A DNA stretch of 15,973 nucleotides from Planctomycetota bacterium (GCA_038227875.1 JBBRPR010000108.1:1-15973), one strand, 5' to 3'. Shown: positions 9,718 through 15,603, counted from the first letter of the stretch. Notes: generated by a model from the sequence alone, not told the origin. Program-made: numbers and translations.

Positions 9718-10582
9718 CACCCCGTGCAGCAGCATGTTCATCCGCGCCAGGTTGTACGTGGTGACGTTGTACTCCTGCCCGTAAATCTTCCCGATCGTCC
9801 CGCCCGCTTCCTTCATGCGATGGCGGAAGTTCAGCAACAGCGAGCCCGACCCGCAGGCGAAGTCGAACACCCTGTCCAAGTGCGACCGCATGCCGGTCTT
9901 CGGCTCCTGGCTGTCCAGCGTCACGATGCCCGACAGAATGTTCGAGATCTGCTGCGGCGTGTAAAACTCGCCTACCTTCTTCCCACTGCCCGCCGCGAAC
10001 TGTCCGAGCAGGTATTCGTACGCGTCCCTCAGCCGGTCCGAGTCGGCCGTCAGCGCCAGGCCCCGAGCGATCTCGCTGATCACCGAGCAGAGTTTCGCAT
10101 TGCGGTCGGCATACTTCTTCCCCAGCTTGTCCGACGCGAGATTGATCTCCGAGAATAGCCCTGAAAGTTGCTGTCGAACGACTCTTCCTCGATGTACTTA
10201 AAACCCTTCTGCAGGGTGTTCAGCAGTTCGTCGTTCTGCGTCTTGGCCAGGTGGACGATGTGGCCCCACAGGTGATCGGGCTTGATAACGTAGTGCACCT
10301 TGCGACGCATCTGCTTCTCAAAGTCCGCCACGTCCTTCTTGTTCTTGTCGTACCACACGCCCAGCGGCGTCTTCTTCGCGCCTTCGGCTTCGTCAATCTC
10401 CACCTTCGGGTAGTCGCTCCCCAGTTCTTTCTTCGCCGCTGCCTCGTAATTGTCCGAAAGATACCGCAGGAACAGGAACGACAGCATGTAATCGCGAAAG
10501 TCGTCCGCGTTCATCGACCCGCGCAGCGCGTCGGCGATAATCCAAAGGGTTTTGCCGAGTTCTTTTGGGTTTGTTCGGTCAT
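9718..10582 (-). pseudogene. hsdM: Type I restriction-modification methyltransferase HsdM, 5' half, frameshifted and truncated
   Basis: LWIIADALRGSMNADDFRDYMLSFLFLRYLS, DAYEYLLGQFAAGSGKKVGEFYTPQ, DFACGSGSLL and GQEYNVTTYNLARMNMLLHGV are present. One-nt deletions fall at ~10563-10566 and ~10160. HsdM-like sequence ends after HGV (9718), with no NPP(Y/F) motif. Confidence 0.93.
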
Positions 10583-10601
10583 GTTTTTTTCGCAACGAGC
10601 C
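10551..10601. repeat. Direct repeat copy B of the hsdM start region (51 bp)
   Basis: tttgccgagttcttttgggtttgttcggtcatgtttttttcgcaacgagcc matches 11294-11344 apart from two substitutions and two compensating 1-nt indels in T runs. Confidence 0.92.
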
Positions 10602-10611
10602 TAGCACGTTA

Positions 10612-10672
10612 GAGCCGCGCACGAAGTAAGCGGGATTTGTCTCCCGAAAACCGCTTACTTCGTGCGCGTCTC
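10612..10672. repeat. REPIN-like inverted pair of 22-bp REPs at the 3' end of the transposase
   Basis: GAGCCGCGCACGAAGTAAGCGG (10612-10633) and CCGCTTACTTCGTGCGCGTCTC (10651-10672), with a 17-nt spacer. Confidence 0.92.
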
Positions 10673-11179
10673 CTTCTCATACCAATCCAACATCGCGCCC
10701 TGTTCGTCAATCGTGTACCGGATCTTCTCTTGCACCTTCTCGACCGTGAACAGGTGAAGCGTGCTCCCGTGTCTTGTCCACCGCTTGCGGGGAGCCGCGC
10801 ACGAAGTAAGCGGACCCTCAACCCGATTCAACTCCCGCGACGCCCGCGCCTTCAAATCGCTCATCAACCGCCCCGGTTCCCGCTCGGCCGATACCACCAC
10901 GTGCACGTGGTTCGTCCGCACGTGCAACGCCAGCAGGTCCCAATCCTTCTCCCTGCAGATCTCCACGACCGCATCCCGAACGACCTTCCGCCGCGGTCCG
11001 TCCATCACGTAGGCCGGTTGTGTCATCGATTCCCGCTCGTCCTTCATCCGCTCCGCGTCCGGTTCCACAAACGGCGAGCCCGGCCGATTGTGTTCCCGAT
11101 CCACCGAACCCAAACCCTTGTCCGTCCCATGCAACCACGTGCCGTACGTCGAAAACGTGATGAAGTAGGCGAGCGCCAT
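10655..11179 (-). CDS. Y1/HUH tyrosine transposase, REP-associated (RAYT / TnpA-REP-like, IS200/IS605 superfamily)
   Basis: 174 aa; AYFITFSTYGTWLHG N-terminus, HUH motif NHVHVVV, LKARASREL, WTRHGST, and a candidate catalytic Tyr in IRYTIDEQG. Flanked by REP pairs; no tnpB. Confidence 0.88.
   Translation of the reverse strand: MALAYFITFSTYGTWLHGTDKGLGSVDREHNRPGSPFVEPDAERMKDERESMTQPAYVMDGPRRKVVRDAVVEICREKDWDLLALHVRTNHVHVVVSAEREPGRLMSDLKARASRELNRVEGPLTSCAAPRKRWTRHGSTLHLFTVEKVQEKIRYTIDEQGAMLDWYEKETRTK
10792..10813. repeat. Perfect REP copy inside the transposase coding sequence
   Basis: GAGCCGCGCACGAAGTAAGCGG, identical to 10612-10633, is read in frame as PLTSCAA(P). Confidence 0.92.
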
Positions 11180-11224
11180 CGCTCAATTCCCCGCCCACCA
11201 GGCACCAACGAACCGCGCACGATT

Positions 11225-11292
11225 GAGCCGCGCACCAAGTAAGCGGTTCCTCCCACCCCCGCAGGAAACCCCGCTTACTTCGTGCGCGGCTC
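11225..11292. repeat. REPIN-like inverted pair of REPs upstream of the transposase
   Basis: GAGCCGCGCACCAAGTAAGCGG (11225-11246) and CCGCTTACTTCGTGCGCGGCTC (11271-11292), with a 24-nt spacer. Confidence 0.92.
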
Positions 11293-11293
11293 G

Positions 11294-11344
11294 TTTGCCG
11301 AGTTCTTTTTGGGTTTGTTCGGACATGTTTTCTCGCAACGAGCC
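11294..11344. repeat. Direct repeat copy A of the hsdM start region (51 bp), in-frame version
   Basis: The minus strand reads ATG TCC GAA CAA ACC CAA AAA GAA CTC GGC AAA (MSEQTQKELGK) from 11326. Matches 10551-10601. Confidence 0.92.
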
Positions 11345-11361
11345 GCACACGAAGTAAGCAG
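11340..11361. repeat. REP copy immediately downstream of yebC
   Basis: GAGCCGCACACGAAGTAAGCAG has 2 mismatches to the consensus and lies 3 nt from the yebC stop codon. It is inverted relative to 11271-11292. Confidence 0.85.
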
Positions 11362-11364
11362 GAG

Positions 11365-12084
11365 TTACGGGAGCACGATATTGTGATAGACGTCCTGCAC
11401 GTCTTCGTTCTCCTCGAGCGTCTGCAGAAATTTCTCGAAAGAGGGCAGCTCTTCCGCGCCGAGCGACTTCGCGGCGTGCGGGATGAAAGTGATCTCCTGC
11501 ACGTCCAGCTCTACGCCCGGCATCGCTTCGAGCACGGCCGACTTGGCCTTGTAGAACTCGGCCGGTGGGGTGAAGACCGTGATGACGCCGTCCTTGCTCT
11601 CGACGTCTTCGACGGCGACGTCCGCGGCGAACAGCGCCTCGATCACCTTCTCCTCCGAGTCGCCCTTGAACGAGATGACCGCCATGTGGTCGAACGACAT
11701 CAACACCGACCCGCTGGCGGCCAGCTTGGCGCCCGCTCTGACAAAATAGCTGCGGATTTCGGCGACCGTGCGCTGGTTGTTGTCGGTCAGGCACTCGACG
11801 ATGATCAGCGCGCCGCCGGGACCGAACCCCTCGTAACGCACGGGTTGGAAGTCTTCGCCTCCCTTGCCGGCGGCTTTCTGGATCGCCTTGTCGATCACGT
11901 GGCTGGGAACATTGTCCTTCTTGGCTTTCTCAACGAGGCTGCGCAGGGCCGGGTTTTGTGCCGGGTCGGGCACGCCGTTCTTGGCCGCCATGTACAACTG
12001 CTTGCTGTAGTTGGAATACAGCTTTGAGTTGTTGGCCGCCGTCTTGAAGATGGACGCTTTGCGTCTTTCGAATGCTCTTCCCAT
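11365..12084 (-). CDS. yebC: YebC/PmpR family protein (MGRA-type N-terminus)
   Basis: 239 aa; PDPAQNPALR, AKKDNVPSHVIDKAI, RYEGFGPGG..VECLTDNNQRT and LEENEDVQDVYHN motifs. Confidence 0.95.
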   Translation of the reverse strand: MGRAFERRKASIFKTAANNSKLYSNYSKQLYMAAKNGVPDPAQNPALRSLVEKAKKDNVPSHVIDKAIQKAAGKGGEDFQPVRYEGFGPGGALIIVECLTDNNQRTVAEIRSYFVRAGAKLAASGSVLMSFDHMAVISFKGDSEEKVIEALFAADVAVEDVESKDGVITVFTPPAEFYKAKSAVLEAMPGVELDVQEITFIPHAAKSLGAEELPSFEKFLQTLEENEDVQDVYHNIVLP

Positions 12085-12475
12085 ACGAGTTCTACCTTTT
12101 TATTTTCCGGACTGACCGGGCAACGAGCGATCCGGCTCCTGCCGGGTGTTTCTGTCGGCGCCGATCAGTTCCACGGTGCGTTTCTCCCTCACGGTCGCTC
12201 CGCCGCTCGACGTGTCGTGCGGAAGAGCCATTTAATCCTCGGCGGCCTCTCCCCGCAACTCCGCGATGCGACGATGCGGCAGCTCCAGATGACGCAACTC
12301 CTGCAGGAGCGGGCGATGATTTTGGCGATGCCGTTTACGCTGATGGTGAAAGGATCGGCGTGCCGCCGGTTTCAAAACGGCGAGAACCACACCGGCTGCG
12401 GATGCGCCGTCGGCTTGCGCAGGGGGCAAAAAGAAGACAAAACGGCTCTGTCTCAATCCTCTTAACTTCGGCGCT

Positions 12476-12718
12476 TGTCTGGGCGCTCTTGGAGGTCTTC
12501 CTGGTGCGCATCTGGTCGACGTAGCGGCCGACAACGTCCGCGATAGGCGTTCTGGTCGGCAGCGGGTTTCCGTCGCCTCGCATTTGTGCGGAATCGAATT
12601 GGCGGACTTTCTCTTTCGCCAGCTGGTAATTGTCGGTGCCGGTCGAAAGCCTGCGTGCCTTGCCCGAGACACAGAACTGAATGTAGTACGTTCCGTTGCG
12701 TTGAATCAAACTCGCCAT
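12476..12718 (-). pseudogene. Tyrosine recombinase/integrase, N-terminal fragment only
   Basis: MASLIQRNGTYYIQFCVSGKARRLSTGTDNYQLAKEKVRQF is a typical integrase arm-binding N-terminus, with a GGAGG RBS, about 130 nt from a tRNA att site. After ~aa 81 the frame runs into unrelated-looking sequence (stop at 12335) with no catalytic domain. The breakpoint is approximate. Confidence 0.75.
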
Positions 12719-12762
12719 AGCAACCTCCGAGGTGCTTCAAGGTGTCTGGCGAGTCCGTGTTT

Positions 12763-12783
12763 TTGTGTACAAACTTGTGTACA
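12763..12783. repeat. Tandem TTGTGTACA repeats, candidate integrase arm-type sites
   Basis: TTGTGTACA at 12763-12771 and 12775-12783 (12-bp period), between the att core and the integrase start. Confidence 0.6.
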
Positions 12784-12801
12784 TTTCGGCCGAAAAGGCG
12801 C

Positions 12802-12836
12802 AAAAAACAAGGACTCGCATTGCTGCAAGTCCTTGT
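12802..12836 (-). terminator. Intrinsic terminator downstream of the tRNA 3' end
   Basis: ACAAGGACT (12807-12815) / AGTCCTTGT (12828-12836) stem followed by a T run on the minus strand. Confidence 0.7.
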
Positions 12837-12846
12837 CACTGAATCA

Positions 12847-12890
12847 GTAGCGGGGGGAGGATTCGAACCTCCGACCTCCGGGTTATGAGC
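12847..12890 (-). mobile_element. att site: 3' half of an initiator tRNA-Met(CAT) gene (not an intact tRNA)
   Basis: The minus strand reads GCTCATAACCCGGAGGTCGGAGGTTCGAATCCTCCCCCCGCTAC: anticodon loop CTCATAA, T arm GGAGG-TTCGAAT-CCTCC and the 3' acceptor strand. The 5' acceptor strand and D arm are absent. Confidence 0.9.
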
Positions 12891-13008
12891 GTTCTGGGCT
12901 CAAAATCCGGAATTTGATGCAGGATCATTACTTGTGATCACCGCGCCGTTTACGACGACGCACCTACGGTCAACAAGTATACCATGTGACCCATGTTTTT
13001 CAATCCGT

Positions 13009-13031
13009 AGTGTACGCGCCAGTGTACGCGC
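13009..13031. repeat. Tandem AGTGTACGCGC repeats, candidate integrase arm-type sites
   Basis: Perfect 11-mer at 13009-13019 and 13021-13031 (12-bp period). It shares the GTGTAC core with the repeats on the other side of the att core. Confidence 0.6.
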
Positions 13032-13103
13032 AAATGGGCCAAAATGGGCGTACTTCCAAGATTATGCCGTAATTCGCTATCGGGCGCGGATGCGTTTTCG
13101 CCA

Positions 13104-13133
13104 TGTCAGAAAAACAGATACGTTTTTCTGACA
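13104..13133. promoter_or_regulatory. Inverted-repeat operator 1 upstream of abiEi
   Basis: TGTCAGAAAAAC-agatac-GTTTTTCTGACA, with perfect 12-bp arms. Confidence 0.75.
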
Positions 13134-13195
13134 GTATTACGGTATCTCTGCCGATAGATTTCTAATAGCATGAGCGACTTTGGGCATACAATATG

Positions 13196-13225
13196 TGTCA
13201 GAAATTCGTAGGCACTTTCCTGACG
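13196..13225. promoter_or_regulatory. Inverted-repeat operator 2 upstream of abiEi
   Basis: TGTCAGAAA-N12-TTCCTGACG has the same 30-bp geometry as operator 1 and lies just after a -10-like TACAAT (13187-13192). Confidence 0.65.
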
Positions 13226-13238
13226 ACAAGAGGCGCTG

Positions 13239-13871
13239 ATGGATACCATGAAGGCAAATGTTCTTGATCGCATTCGCTCCTCCGGGCGCGGCACGGTCTT
13301 TACACCCAAAGACTTTCTGGACATTGGCAGCCGTGACGCGGCAGACCAAGCGCTCTCCCGCCTCACGCACAATGGCAAACTTCAACGGCTGGGGCGCGGG
13401 CTGTACCACTATCCCCAAATGAATCGCCGCCTTGGTATTCCACTTGCCCCGAACATCGATGCAATCGCCGAAGCGCTCGGGCGCCAGACGGGAAGTCGCA
13501 TTATTCCCTCCGGCGCCGTAGCCGCCAATCGACTCGGATTATCCAGTCAAGTGCCAGCCAAGCCGGTTTATCTCAGCGACGGACGAACACGAAGAGTGCG
13601 AGTCGGGAATGTTGAGTTTCAGCTCAAACATACCGCGCCGAAGGAAATGCCTGCTGGAAACAGAACCAGTGCTTTGGTGTTCCAGGCGCTGCGCTACATT
13701 GGCAAGGATGCGGTTGATGGCAAGGTTGTCGCAACTTTGCGCCGGACCCTCTCTGCACAGCAGCGGCGTGAATTGCTGAGCGATGCCAAGTACACGACCG
13801 ATTGGATCGGCGATGCCGTTCGCCTCATCGCGGGCCGCACGATGAGACAGGCTGAGGTGGCGCATGGATGA
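13239..13871 (+). CDS. AbiEi-like antitoxin / wHTH regulator (DUF6088 type), type IV toxin-antitoxin system
   Basis: GTVFTPKDFLDIGSRDAADQALSRL..LQRLGRGLYHYP and SGAVAANRLGLSSQVPAKPVYLSDG motifs; overlaps the toxin start by 8 nt. Confidence 0.9.
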   Translation: MDTMKANVLDRIRSSGRGTVFTPKDFLDIGSRDAADQALSRLTHNGKLQRLGRGLYHYPQMNRRLGIPLAPNIDAIAEALGRQTGSRIIPSGAVAANRLGLSSQVPAKPVYLSDGRTRRVRVGNVEFQLKHTAPKEMPAGNRTSALVFQALRYIGKDAVDGKVVATLRRTLSAQQRRELLSDAKYTTDWIGDAVRLIAGRTMRQAEVAHG

Positions 13872-14904
13872 TTTCGCAAGATTGCGCGCGGCCGATCGGG
13901 TAGACTTATTCCAAACCGTCGCCACCAATCGCGGCCTGAATGCAGCGATAATCGAAAAGGACTTTTGGGTTTGCTGGACGCTCAATTGCCTGTTTACTCT
14001 TCCAAGATTTCCCGCCGGGCTTCTTTTCAAAGGTGGCACGTCGCTATCGAAAGTATTCAAGGCCATCGAGCGATTTTCAGAAGATATCGACCTGTCTTTT
14101 GACCGAACCGGGCTGGGTTTTGGCGGCTCAAGCGATCCCCTTGTCGGCCGAACGGGCAAGCAGAGAAAGCATGGCGTGGAGGCTCTCGTCAAAGCCTCCC
14201 GTACAATGATTCGGGAGCAATTACTCCCTCAGCTTGAGGAATCTTTCGTCACAGCACTCGACCCGCCTTCCGCGAAGAACAAAACGTGGAATCTGGAATT
14301 GGCTGCTGACGATCAGGATGGCCAAACGATTCAGTTTCGCTATCCCGCGAGCATTGCGCCACGGTCAGCTACCGAACCGGCATACATTCGTCCCGTTGTC
14401 CGCTTGGAGCTAGGGGCTCGATCGGATCATTGGCCGACGATCGAGGGTTCCGTTACGCCCTACGCGGCAGAGGAGTTTCCAGCGATGTTTCGCCATGCGA
14501 GCTGTCGGGTCAAGGTTCTCTCGGCGGAACGCACCTTTTGGGAAAAGGCTACGATCCTTCATAGCTGGTATCACGCACCAGAGGACAAAGCATTTCGCGA
14601 CCGCCAATCGCGCCATTATTACGATGTCGTGAGTCTGTACGAGAAGGGAATCGGCAAGGATGCCCTCAAAGATGTGGATCTGCTATTGAAAGTGGCGCAA
14701 CACAAAGAGGTGTTTTTTGCCTCGTCCCGGGCAAAATATCGAGAGGCAAAACCCGGAACCCTTCGGCTGCTCCCGCGCCAATCTCGCATCGCCGAACTAA
14801 AACGCGATTACGAGATCATGAGTGAAATGATTTTTGGCGAACCGCCGGCATTCGATCATGTACTTGAGGTGCTTCGTGAAATCGAGCTTCTGGTCAATAA
14901 ATAA
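13864..14904 (+). CDS. AbiEii/AbiGii-family nucleotidyltransferase toxin
   Basis: IEKDFWVCWTL, LLFKGGTSLSK..IERFSEDIDL, ERTFWEKATILH and SRHYYDV motifs. Confidence 0.95.
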   Translation: MDDFARLRAADRVDLFQTVATNRGLNAAIIEKDFWVCWTLNCLFTLPRFPAGLLFKGGTSLSKVFKAIERFSEDIDLSFDRTGLGFGGSSDPLVGRTGKQRKHGVEALVKASRTMIREQLLPQLEESFVTALDPPSAKNKTWNLELAADDQDGQTIQFRYPASIAPRSATEPAYIRPVVRLELGARSDHWPTIEGSVTPYAAEEFPAMFRHASCRVKVLSAERTFWEKATILHSWYHAPEDKAFRDRQSRHYYDVVSLYEKGIGKDALKDVDLLLKVAQHKEVFFASSRAKYREAKPGTLRLLPRQSRIAELKRDYEIMSEMIFGEPPAFDHVLEVLREIELLVNK

Positions 14905-14931
14905 TCCTCAATCGATTAGTTGGTTTTTGAT

Positions 14932-15603
14932 ATGAAAAGCAGTTGGTTCATTGCAGACACGCATTTCTCCCACGCCAATATCATTCGGTACACAAAACGG
15001 CCCTTTGAGGATGTCGAGACGCATGATCGGGTGCTGATCGAGAACTGGAACCGGCATGTAGCACGAGACGACGACGTGTATTTTCTTGGCGATTTCGCGT
15101 TCAAGTTCAGAGACCGCGCCAAGGAGATTCGACGACAACTGCACGGCGCCCAGATTTTCTTCATCGAGGGCAACCACGACTCGGCCGCCCGGCAGATTCG
15201 CACGTCATTCGCCTGGTTCAATTCAGTGAAGATGGTCGAGGTGAATGGACAGCCAATTTGGCTGTCCCATTACGCTCATCGTGTTTGGATGCGCGCGCAC
15301 TACGGCGCATGGCATCTTTACGGGCATAGCCATCATTCACTGCCGGATGATCCACACGCACGCAGCCTCGATGTGGGCGTGGACGCGACGGCCGTCCGGC
15401 TGGGACGACCCGATCTGTACGGTACCGGCGTCGTTCCAAACGAAGGGCTTCGACCCGAAGACTACCGGCCTATTCACTTTGACGAGATAGCCGAATTGAT
15501 GCGACGAAAGACGTTCAAGCCGGTAGATCGTCACGACGATTCAACGGCTGAAATCCTCGATCAGGAGGTTTTTCCCGATGACCCGCGCGATTTGCGAGGG
15601 TAA
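14932..15603 (+). CDS. Calcineurin-like metallophosphoesterase
   Basis: All five motifs are present: ADTHFSH, LGDF, GNHD, SHY and GHSH, plus the DVGVD tail. ATG 14932 is 27 nt after the abiEii stop. Confidence 0.92.
   Translation: MKSSWFIADTHFSHANIIRYTKRPFEDVETHDRVLIENWNRHVARDDDVYFLGDFAFKFRDRAKEIRRQLHGAQIFFIEGNHDSAARQIRTSFAWFNSVKMVEVNGQPIWLSHYAHRVWMRAHYGAWHLYGHSHHSLPDDPHARSLDVGVDATAVRLGRPDLYGTGVVPNEGLRPEDYRPIHFDEIAELMRRKTFKPVDRHDDSTAEILDQEVFPDDPRDLRG

Noticed and set aside
9512..9784. Small + strand ORFs (9512-9784, 9531-9764)
   Set aside because: No recognisable motif or convincing RBS, and both run antisense into the hsdM remnant.
10593..11361. Repeats read as a CRISPR array
   Set aside because: Copies alternate in orientation, spacing is irregular, one lies inside a CDS, and there are no cas genes. 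The pattern fits REP/REPIN.
12184..12200. CTCCCTCACGGTCGCTC as a degenerate copy of a related REP family
   Set aside because: It is a single short copy with no partner in the window, and the resemblance rests on memory only.
12455..12476. TAAC/GTTA near the integrase breakpoint as an integron attC site
   Set aside because: No matching RYYYAAC...GTTRRRY pair with an internal palindrome, and no cassette array.
12335..12718. Complete 127-aa protein as given in the ORF track
   Set aside because: Only about the first 81 aa look like an integrase N-terminus. The rest appears to be read-through past a deletion junction.
12847..12920. Intact tRNA-Met gene
   Set aside because: Sequence 5' of the anticodon loop cannot form the anticodon stem, D arm or acceptor stem. 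Only the 3' 44 nt are tRNA-like.
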